A DNA stretch of 63,917 bases, filler included, from Octopus bimaculoides (lineage: Eukaryota): the NCBI RefSeq assembly GCF_001194135.2. It is 6 parts of 5 records of this genome, joined end to end, with 100 filler letters (N's around TTAATTAATTAA, not from the genome) between each part and the next. Parts side by side here need not be neighbours in the genome. Positions count along the whole stretch, not along the records: positions 6,883 to 27,991 come from NC_068987.1; 5 more parts are not named here. The stretch is one strand, 5' to 3'. Below the pieces are notes generated by a model. It was given only the letters and a program-made list of their open reading frames with translations. It had not been told where the DNA came from and made no database searches. A program made the position numbers and the translations under genes. Positions 11,149 through 24,990 of this stretch are shown here, one piece after another. Position 1 is the stretch's first letter. Each line of letters begins with the position of its first letter.

Positions 11149-13661
11149 TAAGAAGTTTTATATAAGTGGCAGGGAATCCGAATCAAAGTGTTTGCAGTTA
11201 TGTGTGTGTGTGTTATATTAATATCAGCACCCAACAGTGTTTGGGCATAAGCGAATTTGGCTAAGGTTAAATATGATTGGGATATATTTCAAATGCTAAA
11301 GGCAAATTCTCTGCAGTTACCGTGGAGAAAAAATTCATAGCGATGGAAAAGGATGTAAAAACACCATATCTATCCAGTGCTGCCACCTGTCGGATCCCCA
11401 AAGATCGGTTTTTCTACCTTCTTAGCTATATACAAGCACTGAATGTTTATTGTGAGCATCACTTTGTATAGTAACTAGTAGCTAAGCCCGGTTTCACCTG
11501 GTCGGTTTGGATGACGTGGCTGTGAAACCTAATCTGTGTAAGCATTCGACTTGTTTGCGCACGCTTACGTGAAAAACAATTTTAGAATGACTTTTTCTGT
11601 CAAAACACTAAGAATAACTGACCAATAACAAAAAAAACAAGATTCAATGAAATCAAAACATAAATCCAAATACTAAGCGAACAAAGATGAACATCCATTT
11701 CCATTGCAAGCGCACACACGCACACAGACAACACACACACATACACATACACACTCACGCACACACGCACACATTCACATACACCCTTTTACATACACAC
11801 ACACACACATATATTCACAAATAGTTGAAACGCTGTTTGATTTATTTTTCAGCGTACAATTTTCATCATCCCATTACCAAGTATGATATCACCCCTTCTT
11901 TCCTCATTCATTTGTCACCCCTTCCTTTCTCATTCATAAACACAAGATTATTATTAGAGTAGATTATCTCGGTAACCAAGGGAGCTATGAAAAAAATACA
12001 AAACCCAGCACCACCACCGGATGATTCTACACGTGTTTCGCGCAATTTTACCCAGCCGTTTGACCCTGAATCCCAAGACAAGAAAGAATCGCCCATGTCA
12101 AATTTATATGTATAGATTTATATATCCATATCACTCATTCGTCACCAGGTACTAAGCGTATGAAACCATTACTTAACAACGTTGCCATGCATATAGATAA
12201 CAAAAATTGAAGAAATTTAATTTATAGGTGTTAAAATTTCTCAAATTCCAAGAGTAATTATTAATAGTTATTCAGAAAAGATAACAATAATATTATTGGA
12301 GTATTTTGCTAATCTTTTCAACCGATTTCACTGATGCGTTTATTGAATATTTATGTTTTTTCTACAATATAAAAAACTTCCCTTTGTATATCTTTATTAA
12401 CTATTTCTCACATGTCAACCAGTGTAAACAATTTTTGTGTGCCAATATATTGATATATTTTCTCTCTGAAACATTCTTGATTTTGGTGTCAATGTCATAT
12501 TTCTCCAAGACATATTCTAGTTATTTCAATGAAGCATTTCAATTAGCACTAATGTTATTTTAACCAACAGTTGAATATGATAATTAATTATTAATTATCA
12601 AGACAGATGACATTAAAGTACACTCATTTTAAACATCAGCAGAGCATTGAAGATGTTGGATATTTTACATGAGTTTCGGGGAATTTAAAATTGGCATCAA
12701 CGCCGTCAATTATATAATCCAATTATGTATATATAGTAGTAATCCAATCGCATGTTTCAAAAGGTGATATCAATGTATGCTATTATACACACATGTCCCC
12801 TAGAGATTGAGATCAAAATCCAGCAATTTGATCTTCAGAATATGGAGAATTAATTTAAATACATATACCGTTATTATTTTCGAAATGCGATTTTATACTT
12901 GTCACAAGCGGGCAAATTTGTTCATGTGTGCATATGCGCATGTGTAATCTGTGTGAATGTGAGCGTACGAGCTACGTGTGTATGCGTGTGAGTGTATCCT
13001 TGTAAATGATCGCTGAGGGTGTGCATGTGCAGGTTGTGACTATGTGCATATATAGATACACTGAGAGACGAAGAGACAAGGAAAGAGGGAAGCTCTTAAA
13101 ATTGGCATAGAAGACTGAAGCAAATTAGAGAGTTGAATGTTAGATGAAGTGTTAAGACAAGGAGATACAGAAGATAAAAGAGATACAAGCCAGTTAAGAA
13201 AGAAATAGTTAAATAAAAAACAAAAAGAGATGAAAGTATTGATAACGATTGGTTTCGGTAATCGACAGATAATCTTAGAAATGAATGTTGAAGTAATTGC
13301 AATTCAGAATAGAAACGCGTGCCATTGGAACTAGCAAGTGAATATATAAAGAAAAGAGTTAATTTGAATTTGGAAAATATCCCACATTCATTAATTATGT
13401 ATTTGAAATGTTGCTTTCATCTCATGTTTTGAAATAATTGCACTGGTTATAGGGTACAGCTTTGGTATAAGATGGTATCATTTTACTGTATATCCAAAAC
13501 ATCTGTCATGACACATTGGCCTTTTGATTATAAGCGACAGAAGGACTGTAATGTTCTTCAACCATACAGGTGTTATAAATGATGCTATAGACTTTACCTT
13601 GTTTCTAAAATCATTTGTCTCTTTTGAACAATAATACATGTATTGCATAAAGTTGATGAAC

Positions 13662-13717
13662 CATCATCATCATCATCATCATCATCATAATTATCATCAC
13701 CATCTTCATCATCATCA

Positions 13718-13781
<64 letters not shown>
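13662..13781. repeat. Compound (CAT)n(CGT)10(CAT)n microsatellite
   Basis: Direct reading; CGT block at 13719-13748. Confidence 0.95.
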
Positions 13782-14826
13782 TTTTACTGTCGTTGTTATT
13801 ATAACCACCACCGTCACTATGTATAAATTTAATTTTAGCTTGTTGTGCGTGTGTAGTAAGGGCGTGTGTAATAAGAGTGTGTGTGAAAAACTAAACCAAA
13901 GTCAAATCTGGAGGCAGAGGTTATGCAAAGCATTAACTTCAATTTCTGATTATCATTCCCTATAAGAAGTTGAAGTAGACACAGCAGTAGATGCAATAAA
14001 CATTGGTGTAGATTTCTTTGTATTATGTCGTGATGAAAAGGTTATAGATTCTAACCTTTGATAATGCTAGCACAGTCGTCACGATTGAAAAGTTGTGTCA
14101 ACATTATCAACCGTGCTATTAATAACTAGATTTTATTTTACAGCAACTAGTAACTTAAGCACATATAAACAGAGAAAATCCGACTCAATATTGCCTTAAG
14201 CTAATCAAAAATTGTCACATTAAACCAAGGACATTTTGGCAAGACGTTGACTCCCAAGTACATTATTCTACCTTCGATATAATGTGCGGGTACTAACGGC
14301 ATTGCCTATAAAAGCAACGTGTTGATAAATAGCGTATGATCTAAAATTTGTATAATGTAAGTATACGTATGCAACCTGAAAGAAAGCAAAGACTGATAAT
14401 TTTCAGAAGATGAATATTTAAGTATAAATGTGTACATGATATGCAAATTCGTGAAGCGTTCAATATGTTTCTACTCCGCAAGTGGTGCTCCTGCATGAAC
14501 CCATTCCAATGATAGAAAGAAAAGAAATTGATACGAAAAGGATCCAAATTACACAGAGTACAAACGATAGAGAAAATTGAAGGGAAGGGGTAAAGTGCCC
14601 GACGACTGTGTCTGATATTTTGGAGATTCATCATTGCGGCTTCCGTATTAAGGTGATCTACACTTTCCAACATTTTCATGGATCTCTGAGCCCCTAGAAA
14701 TTGCTGTTGAACTTACAACACCATGCCTCTTCATTAATTTTCGCTGTCGTTCGTACTGTGTATAAGTTTGATTTATTCATGTAAATATCTCCTCCCCCTT
14801 CTCTCTCTCTCTCCCTCTTTTTCTCA

Positions 14827-14914
<88 letters not shown>

Positions 14915-16811
14915 GTGTATGTATGTATTACAGTTATGTCGAAACAGGTGATACGGAAAATGCAGCATTCATGACAAAACATTTAGGGAGTAAATGATGG
15001 TATGAATCGAGTAAGCGATATGTTACAAGTCTATTTGGAGGACTCCAGACCCTAACCTACCATGGAAAGTTGGGAGTGGTGAGGCATGTAATTTTTTTGA
15101 GGTGTGACTTCTACAACAGCATGTAACTTTTGTTCCCTGTTCCACACACAATCATCAGTTCAGATATACTTGCACCGAATCGCTTTTAAATCGCTCAATA
15201 TATGCTGGTTCTGTCATGTCTTTGATGCATATTGCTGAGCAGTCCTTCTTGCAGGTACCTATGTAAATTCATTTTGTAACTGCATTATGACTCAAGGGGC
15301 AGTTATCATCTCGTACACATTTTGGGGCAACTGATTATGATATGGGTAGTATCTTCTACTCTAGTATATTTGGGTTTACATTTTCTTCCACAACGTGAAT
15401 GTTTGGCGATATCTCTGTGCATTTTGTTGATCAGTAGGCATTTTCTGTTCCTGCAATGCGAAAGAATAAACTTTTAGATGGGATCCAACGCACCTATCAC
15501 ATAGGCTGGGAAAGCTATTTTTTCTATCAATGTTGTTACCCTCTAACTTATAGGATATGTAGCCATGCATTCCTTTTTGCCTGTATGTTACCAGTTTCTA
15601 TATGTTTAGATAAGTCAGTCCAGCCTCAATTGGGTCACATAAAGCAGCTGTTGTTTTTAGAGTACCTCACATATAGTTCTTCGCTATCTCTGAAGATGTT
15701 GTTACTTTCCATTTTGAGTTTGCATGTAAAGTACTCACTTCTTTTACTTTGTTCAGCAGATGTTGTCTGAGTGATAGATTTTGACATCCTCCGGCTGTTT
15801 AGACTTAAGTGAGGTACGTTTCTGCAATTCTGTAGTAGTATCACTTTCGAATTTCATTCCATTACTGGGTATTGCATGTAAGATATATCCATGAACCAGT
15901 TCAAATTACCATGTGCAATAAGTTCCGCAGCGCATCCTGGTTGCTGCTAAATGCCAATGTAATATGATGAGCATGGGAATTAGCCCTTCGTTTCGTTAAC
16001 CCGAGAAATATGCTTGTTTCCGAAATAACAGTGCCGTCAAAATGTTAGTAAATTTTCTAAATAATATTAAAATGTTATGGCGTAGCTTTTTAACCATGGG
16101 TGAAGTAAACATTATTGTTATGCAATTCATACACGGTATTGTTAGCTGATGCCCCAGGAGTGTATAACTATATGTCTAACTGACTGAAATATACCGATAG
16201 ATGACTCTTACCCGAAAACAGAGATGGAAAGAAATGCCTTATAATTTGCCTATAAGCATTTACCATTGAAAGAAAACTTCTCGGATTATTGAAGATGTTT
16301 TCCAGGGTGGAATAAATTTAAACTCAAAGTTAAGTCTGAGGGACTAAACCTTCAGTTAAGCCATGACAAAAATCCGAAAATATAGCATTTCTACCAGCTT
16401 TGAATATGTATGTACTCACACACGGATGCATGCACCGTCTTTTTATACACAAAATTTTACATAAACTTATATGTGTAAACACACGTGCATCTACATANNN
16501 NNNNNNNNNNNNNNNNNNNNNNNNNNNNNNNNNNNNNNNNNNNNNNNNNNNNNNNNNNNNNNNNNNNNNNNNNNNNNNNNNNNNNNNNNNNNNNNNNNNN
16601 NNNNNNNNNNNNNNNNNNNNNNNNNNNNNNNNNNNNNNNNNNNNNNNNNNNNNNNNNNNNNNNNNNNNNNNNNNNNNNNNNNNNNNNNNNNTATATACAG
16701 ACATACGCACACACACACACACAAACACAAACGCACACACAGAGACATACACAGAAACACACACACACTGACACACACACGCACACACACACACACACAC
16801 GCACACACACA

Positions 16812-17940
16812 CGCACTGAACCGCAATAGAAATGCAATTTTTTCAAATGTCGTTTATATATGGTGAATTGTGAAAACTGATTTAGGGGATGTAAGGATAC
16901 ATTCAAAGACATGCTGGTTTATGGCTGCGTCGCAAATTGCAGGTAACCTTTCAGTTTTCTCTGAAACGAGACGCCAAAACGTACCTGCGTTGAATGCCGT
17001 GAGTAGAAGTCGCAAACAATTGTAATGAAAATTGAAATGCACGTGCATCACGTGGAGGTTATGGGTATGACAATCAACTTGAACCGCGTTCCTGGCATTA
17101 TTAATTTGGACGTATCAGGTATGACCCGATTGTCTGCAGCGCAGAGAGAAGAAGCTATCGGCCGATTCCACGTAGGGCAGCGTGACCCGGTTGTTGCGAA
17201 AGCTTACAATGTCCAAGTCAGCATCATCTATCGCCTACAAAATGATACAACACCACCACCAGCACTGCAGAAGTTCCCGCAGAGGGCGCTGTCGGGTGAC
17301 CACGCCCAGGCAGGCCCACTTCGTCCACCTGCAACACCTCCTTGATTGATTCAGTCTGGCTAGCCGGAAACTACCTCACGTGACCATTGTCACTGGACAG
17401 CGGCCCATCAGCAAGGACACTGTGCGACGTCGACTGGCCGTCAACAACCTGTGTTGCCGTCATCCTACTCGAGGGTCTGTCCTCACCACCCGCCACTTTT
17501 AGACACGACTACAGTGGACTACACAGCACCGACATTGGCAGCATCAACAATGGAGGTCGATAGTCTTCTCTGATGAGAGCCGGTACTGCGTTTCCATCTC
17601 GGTTGGCAGAGTGAGTGTGAGGTGTAGGAGGAGGAACGCTACAGTGACGCATGTCTCATCGAGAGAAACTTGTGAGGTGACCAAGGCATCATGGTTTCAA
17701 CAACTGTGGGATGAAATCCAGAGACGGCTGAATCAGGTGGTCCCAAGGCCGACAGTTTCATTCATGACCTGCAAAAAAAGATTTGGCCACTCAGTTCATG
17801 GCCAGAGTGCAGCATGTATGGATCCGGGTACTGGAATTCCCTGTTTTATAGATGTTATACAGGTGGAATATTATTTTGTAAATTTGCAATTGTACACCAG
17901 ACACCTCAAAACGCTATTTTCTATTTATATATTACAATTT
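16812..17940 (+). mobile_element. Tc1-family transposon remnant (internally deleted transposase)
   Basis: MTRLSAAQREEAIG…IAKAYNV-like HTH from ATG 17121; TVRRRL…WRSIVFSDESR (first catalytic D, 17566-17583); QLWDEIQRRL at 17701. The rest of the DDE triad is deleted. Boundaries approximate. Confidence 0.8.
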
Positions 17941-19344
17941 TCTCTCCATCTCTCTGTTTCTCTCTGTCTCTGTCTCTGTCTCCCACTCTCTCTAAATCGA
18001 TGTCAATAAACGTGATGCGTACGCACACCTGGGCATATACAGAAACTAAGTAAATATAGTTGTGTGAACTTGTGCATTAAACAACAAGTGAAGAGTCGTG
18101 TCCATACTTCTGTAAGTTTGTTTCCTTTGACGAATGCTAAAGAAACATTATACAAAGAATTTAGACCAACTTTCTAGATGCAACGGGCCCACAAGAAAGC
18201 TTTTTACCCCACCTATAAATCATTCGGAGTCATATCTGAAAATTACGGCTTCAGAAGAAAAATCTGAAAGACAAACGCAGTCGGGAACCATGGAAAAGAT
18301 CACAAGTAACAGAAACACCACTTAAGTAACTTGCTTTGTAAAGATTGTTATAGGAGTTGATGTAAGTAATAACCACTAACGTACATAACATCCAAGATTA
18401 TCAGAAAGATAGCTGCATCTAAAGAACCCATACTTCCAGTGGTTGTTCCACGTGTCTTTCATCATACTTCTTGTAAACATATTATTTACTATCTTTGTAT
18501 ACCAATGGATTTCTTATGTGTTTTTGATTAGAATGTCTGTGTTAAGGTGCACAAAGTAAACATACTAATACACACACATGCACGCACACACACATACATG
18601 CGCGAGCGCACGTAGCCACACTCATATACACGCAAAGACACGCAAAGACACGCTCGCATGCACGCACAAACGTTTAAAACCTTAGCTTATTCTAGGATAA
18701 AACATCTCTCAGTGCTGACGTTTTAATACATGTTTCTACCATACGAGAGGCTGCAGAAAATTGTAGTATAGATGAGATCACGAGATTGTAGAAAACAATC
18801 TTATATCTAAATATTAATGTAGGTTGCCATATTTCAAATATTAATGTTCAAGCACATAATGATTCATCTGTATATAAAATATTGATAACCGGACTATGAG
18901 TCAGAGTCTAACAATATGTCCATAGTAAAATGATTGCTGGTAAGAACCACATTTGATCGGATTTAGATTATATCTGCCATCTTAATATTGAACAAGATTA
19001 GTAGAAAGCAATTTGAGGAAGTATTTGTGGAGCTTGAGTATATTTGGCAAGAAAAGAATTCTTGAAAAGAAACATACGTAATTATGAAAAAAAAAAAAAC
19101 TAATAAATTCTATGAATTAGAAAAAAATATTGATAAATGAATAAAACAAAATTCCAATTTTTTGGGTGTAGTATGTTTGACGATGGAAAATTTGATTATA
19201 TAATTTTTCAATGTCGGATCTCTGCCACTGGAATGTAAGATTTGTCTTCCTCGGAGCAAAATATATTTCTATATTGTGAATGATATTCACTTCTGTTTGC
19301 CCGCGCACACAGTTGTTCGTTTCTTCAGATAACACTAACTCAAA

Positions 19345-19399
<55 letters not shown>

Positions 19400-19456
19400 A
19401 TGATGATGATCATGTTGGTGTTTTTTTAGTGCAGCTGGTGGTGGTGGTGGTGGTGA
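19345..19456. repeat. (GAT)n and (GGT)n microsatellites
   Basis: Direct reading. Confidence 0.9.
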
Positions 19457-19459
19457 TGA

Positions 19460-19590
19460 ATTTACATTTTAGTTCAAGGCCAACAATCTCGAGAGAGAGC
19501 GTAAGTCCAATGTATTGACCACAGAGTCTCACTGGTTCTTATTTCATCGATTCCGAAAGTGTGAATGCCAACTTGGCCGAATTTGGACTA
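19460..19590 (-). mobile_element. SINE family B, degraded 3' portion
   Basis: CAAGGCCA.CAAT…CTGGT.CTTATTT.ATCGA..CCGAAAG matches other family B copies. Confidence 0.55.
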
Positions 19591-19629
19591 AGAATTAGAA
19601 GATAGACGAAATGCCAATAAGCATAATAA

Positions 19630-19630
19630 A

Positions 19631-19702
<72 letters not shown>
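19630..19702. repeat. (AAT)n microsatellite
   Basis: Direct reading. Confidence 0.95.
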
Positions 19703-19981
19703 CTAAAAACAGAAACAATTTCTATCATATTAGGAGCATTAAATATGATAAAAGAAATATTCAGCCAAATGCATAACAAAACCACTAGGACTAACATTTA
19801 TATATAACATACAGAAAATAGCATTACTAAGCACCGCACACCCTACGTAAAACACTTTCCATACAGTAACATTAAGAGCATCACAACAGACAACAGCACA
19901 CACCCAAGGCAGAACAAAGCTGCGCTCGGCGGTGCAGTCAGAGCACGCGATAAAGATAAAACTACTGAATAATAATAATAC
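19703..19981 (+). mobile_element. 5'-truncated R4/Dong-like LINE 3' end within (AAT)n
   Basis: Translates LKTETISIILGALNMIK…IYNIQKIALLSTAH, typical of the C-terminus of RLE-clade LINEs (IPIIVGALG…IQKIALLGTAHILR). A 3' UTR follows and ends in (AAT)n at 19968-19981. Confidence 0.75.
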
Positions 19982-20738
19982 AGGCAGTGGCTCTCATGGC
20001 TTCTGATCTTAATTGATTGGAAGTGATATCATGTACATTGATTTGTCTTGGTATAAAAGATGGGCTACAGCAAATATTCTGCTTAATACCACANNNNNNN
20101 NNNNNNNNNNNNNNNNNNNNNNNNNNNNNNNNNNNNNNNNNNNNNNNNNNNNNNNNNNNNNNNNNNNNNNNNNNNNNNNNNNNNNNNNNNNNNNNNNNNN
20201 NNNNNNNNNNNNNNNNNNNNNNNNNNNNNNNNNNNNNNNNNNNNNNNNNNNNNNNNNNNNNNNNNNNNNNNNNNNNNNNNNNNNNNNNNNNNNNNNNNNN
20301 NNNNNNNNNNNNNNNNNNNNNNNNNNNNNNNNNNNNNNNNNNNNNNNNNNNNNNNNNNNNNNNNNNNNNNNNNNNNNNNNNNNNNNNNNNNNNNNNNNNN
20401 NNNNNNNNNNNNNNNNNNNNNNNNNNNNNNNNNNNNNNNNNNNNNNNNNNNNNNNNNNNNNNNNNNNNNNNNNNNNNNNNNNNNNNNNNNNNNNNNNNNN
20501 NNNNNNNNNNNNNNNNNNNNNNNNNNNNNNNNNNNNNNNNNNNNNNNNNNNNNNNNNNNNNNNNNNNNNNNNNNNNNNNNNNNNNNNNNNNNNNNNNNNN
20601 NNNNNNNNNNNNNNNNNNNNNNNNNNNNNNNNNNNNNNNNNNNNNNNNNNNNNNNNNNNNNNNNNNNNNNNNNNNNNNNNNNNNNNNNNNNNNNNNNNNN
20701 NNNNNNNNNNNNNNNNNNNNNNNNNNNNNNNNNNNNNN

Positions 20739-20812
20739 ACAGCAACAACAACAACAACAACAGCAACAACAACAACAACAGCAACAACAACAACAACAAC
20801 AGCAACAACAAG
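20739..20812. repeat. (ACA/GCA)n trinucleotide repeat beside a gap
   Basis: Direct reading. Confidence 0.9.
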
Positions 20813-21179
20813 AGTATAGTTGACCAAATTATGCACTGTTTATCTTGATATGTGATTACCATAACACGTACATATCGTTCTCATTAATGTGCCTGATATA
20901 CCCTTATCAGACGAATAGTCATGATGTGCATATTAGGTTTCGTATAACTGTACCCCAGTGTCACTTAAATGGCTCCTTATAATAATAATGACACTTTAAT
21001 GGCACTTTATAAACATAACACTGATGGTTTCAAATTTTTTGCAGAAAGCCAACGATCTCAAAGGATGCGCTTGTATCCATGTGCATGTTTGAAATGAAAG
21101 GGAAAAAGGGAAATCGTTTAGATATCTTCCTGGTTAGCAGATATTAGTTCTGTTAATGTGGATTATTGTTGCTGTCGGT

Positions 21180-21900
21180 GATAGGCAAGATGATGACGAT
21201 ATTACTGCTGTACAATGTTCCTGCTACTGGGCCTGCGGTGTCGTCTGCTATGGGCTCTCCGCTCTCCCACATATTGTTGGGTACGAACTTTGAAGCAGTT
21301 TTCCATATACACTATATATTATCTTTCTACGCTCGACCGCAACACGCAGATCCACTCCACAGGGAGGCTGGATAAATTCTGAGACCTTTTTTTCCTTTCT
21401 CAAGTTTTATCTGCAAAAGGTTCTCCAACGTAATCCTACACAAAATCTCCCCTTCCATCGAGAAGTATCTCGCTTCTTTCCAAAGGTCACAAGTTAATCA
21501 TCACCAAACGAACAACCCGGATGAAACTCTATCTTGGTACAATGTACTTTTGTCCCAAACACGTTGAGTGATAGTTCCCCTTCGCTGATGGGAGCTATGA
21601 TGTACTTCATCGAGATAACTTTGATTATGAAAAGAACCTCCAGTCCCTGAACTGCCTTGCTCTTGAAACATGATCTACAGTAGTACATATTTCTTCCAGG
21701 CATTCACCACGTGGGAGTGCGTCGCTGGGCATTGAGTTTTAGCCGATACATAGCTAGATTTACCCATTTTTTTTCTGTGCCATGAGATGGCAACAAATGC
21801 ATTCTTCCCATTCACCATCACCAGCTGCTTCACCTTTGTTAGGTGCGTCACCCACTTGTTTAGAACGGACGCGAGGTACTTAGTTGATTTCGCCACCATT
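21180..21900 (-). mobile_element. Degraded RTE-like LINE RT fragment
   Basis: Minus-strand pieces APISEGELS, ERSE…GRGDFV…YVGEPFA and RIYPASLWSG loosely match RTE RT motifs (PPSEEEL; DRSD..YRGISLLSIVGKVFA; RVYPESQCG). Many stops. Confidence 0.45.
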
Positions 21901-23439
21901 TAATCGAACAATTGTTTGCCGATGGAGTCTCTAGGATCACTTTTCTTTTGTTATTTCTGTCATTGTTTCTACTTACACTGCTTATATTGTTGTTGCTGAT
22001 TGTGTTACTTTGCTTGTCGCTGTTCATTATTGTTAAAAGTTTTGTTATAAACACCGTTGATATAGCGGTTGTGCTGATGGTGTTTTCTCGTGCAGGCTCC
22101 TAATAACGTGTGAAGAGTTTTCACTTACCCTTTATGATAAAAGTTGGCAATCATTCTCTTCATTCTGTGAATTAGGCATCCTTTTTTAAAGTTTTAGCAA
22201 AATATTATTTAACAATATACAAATCATTTCAACAATATTTATCAAATCTTTAGGTGATGCAAAGCACGTCTAAAACAAGCCATAAGAATTTTAATAATGG
22301 TTGTTGCAAATTTCGCTATTGTACCATCCCGCACGTCAGATGTGAATAGAAATAAGAGATCAAATATATTTTATACATAACCATACTCATATTAACTTTA
22401 TACATTATATTTATTTACCCACCGGATATTCCCTCACATTTGCACATACTCTCATCTCTTCACATACAAGCTGTCACACCAGGCACCTAATGATTACACA
22501 CGCATACGCACACATACCACCACATAGAGCAACATGCATCACATGCACCAACACTCTACTTCCTTAGTCAATTATCTCACTATTCATACGTATTTGTACA
22601 GTTCTACAGATGACACACAAGATTTTCATAAACTACTATTTGCCAAATGGTAACCAAAAGCAGATTTGGCTGTGGCTGAACACATACGCATGAATACATG
22701 CACGCATACAAAAACACATACACATACAGACTAGGTAGCTTGCATACACCAAAACGAAACAGAGAAAGAAAAAAGGCAATTAAATATCATTGAACCAAAC
22801 ATACACAACCATACACGCACACACTTCGATTCAAAATCACAGTGATGCTCAAATATATAAATAAAGTAAAGAAGAATCTAAGAGATATATCCCTACAAAA
22901 TTGTAATAACGAGTCATTCATGAGTTTCGTCAGGCGAGGAAATAATTTTGAGAAAACAATTAATTGATTAAGAAATTTGTGAAATATTTAAAGACGTAAT
23001 TCATACTAATAAAAAGATGGGAAATGCAATCAAGTGTCATGTTTTTATTTCTAGTTTCAAATGACGTTTCCAAGGTACAACTCTTTTAAATAATTATAAT
23101 ATTAGGAATCACGCAAAACATATATAAGTCCCAAACTTACACACACACACAAAATCACGCGTGTGTGTAGGTGCAGTATCCCAGAACGTTTAGAATGTTC
23201 GCTTGCCGATCTCTTGCGGTGACATCATTACTAAAATATTATTTTGCCTTACTGCTAAAAAGCAAATGGGTTAAACCTTTCAGTGAGACTTTTAATACAT
23301 CAAAAGCTTGAATATTATCATTTAGTTTCTTTGCCAGTTGAGAGAAAATGAATGATACTTTAATGGAGTTAAAAAATATGTTACTTTGAATTAAACAGGA
23401 CAGACTTTAAATGTTTGAACGACGTAAGACAGGATGTTC

Positions 23440-24330
23440 GGGATAAATTTCATGTCATTTATGTTTTTATCACTCCTGTTGTCAGGAATAGCTTGATGCA
23501 TTGATAAGCAGTCGACAGCTTTGGAGATCACAAGGATTGAAATAGTTGTTCACAAAAAAATTAGCTGACATGGCGGACTAGAAGCTACGTGAATAATGGT
23601 GAAAGTTACTGGTATGATGACTATTCGAACCAGGTATCACAACTCAGACGTCTTGACTACGACGAGCTCTGTGAACACTGTAAACGTTATAAAACGTGAC
23701 CTGGAGAGCTGCAAGGGATACTACAATACCGCAACCAGTAGGAAGAAACATAGCAGACATTCTGACTCTGTCGGCAACTGGAATATGTCCTCATATATTT
23801 GAAGAGGTTCTTTGGTCCGATTTAGACTGTTATGTGAAGCTGCGGAATATTGTGCTCAATCCGTGGCTGAAGAGGGTGTCTGCCGAAAGTCCTTATGAAT
23901 GGCAGCAGGACTTGGCAATTTATCACAACGTAATGAGTTAAAAGCTGTTTTCGAAGAATTTCTAAGAGCTCACTAGCACCGACCTCCAGATTTTGTCGAT
24001 AGTATTTCCAAGAATTACTATATGTATGTTGTGGTTGAGAAAGACAACAAGCGCTATGTCTGCAATATAAAAGCCTATAAAGTGGCTAAGATGGAGGAAG
24101 TGTTGGGAGATCCTCCCAAAGACGCAGTGACGTACCCATGTGCTAAGTTTTGTATTTACTTGAAGCCCTGGGGAAAGCTGAAGGTGGCTACTTTGCGTAA
24201 ACTGTCATCTGCCTGACATAGTCTAGCTCAGATTTTCTGATTTTTTAAAAGTAATTTCATGTTTGGATGGAATATTATATTATGTTTCCTTTTTATGCAA
24301 ACCGCCAAATTTGGTCTGAAGACTTGTACT
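23440..24330 (+). mobile_element. Tc1/mariner (maT/DD37D-like) transposase remnant
   Basis: PWLKRVSAESPYEWQQDLA (23861-23917; second catalytic D in QQD) and VVEKDNKR..CNIKA…AKMEEV…PKDAVTYPCAKF C-terminal region. Frameshifted; ends approximate. Confidence 0.7.
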
Positions 24331-24940
24331 TTATTGAAGAATAAATAAACATTTATTTACCATCAGAATATCAACACTGTCAGCGAAACATATCGTTAGA
24401 AAGGTATAGAAAAATAATACAAGACAAATAATTAGTTGTACGGACATCGTATTTATTTATGCAACCATAATATACTAATAAGTATATTAAACGCATTATA
24501 AATCAATACTATGTACTACTGTGTTAGCAGTGCCATTAAATCTCATGTTAAGGATATCTCTACAGAGTTTTCTATAGAAATTATAGCCAGCAATGATTTG
24601 CTACAAGGTTTCGTATCCGCATAGGTCTAATGCAAACAACAATGTGATGGAAGATGAAGGAATAGGTAACTTTGTATATTAACATTTCAGTTCTTGCTCT
24701 TCAGTATCATCACCAGCCCAATAATCATCCGCGAAATCGTTGCTTAAACTCCTGAAATATGCTTATACACACACTATCTACTTTTCCATCATCGATAGCA
24801 TTGTTTTATACATTAGTCGCATTCAGATATGAAACGTCGCAACAAATCAGTGCTAGATGTAATTTCTGGAGAAAAAATGTGTGGAGATAACCTTAACAAA
24901 CAGAAGGCAATTGTTTAACATTAATGCTACCTATATAGAG

Positions 24941-24990
<50 letters not shown>

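Noticed and set aside
14341-14700. 112-aa minus ORF and a transmembrane-like alternative frame
   Set aside because: Hydrophobicity is expected antisense to an A-rich tract; no convincing splice pair or homology.
15000-16403. Possible pogo/Tigger-like transposase remnant on the minus strand
   Set aside because: Only faint motif echoes (NNIFRDSEELY, DDNCP); too degraded to call.
17570-17583. CTGATGA as a hammerhead core
   Set aside because: It is the FSDESR codon run of the Tc1 transposase; no stem II or GAAA follows.
24681-24710. Minus-strand CTGAAGA…GAAAT
   Set aside because: Stem I and stem II do not form.
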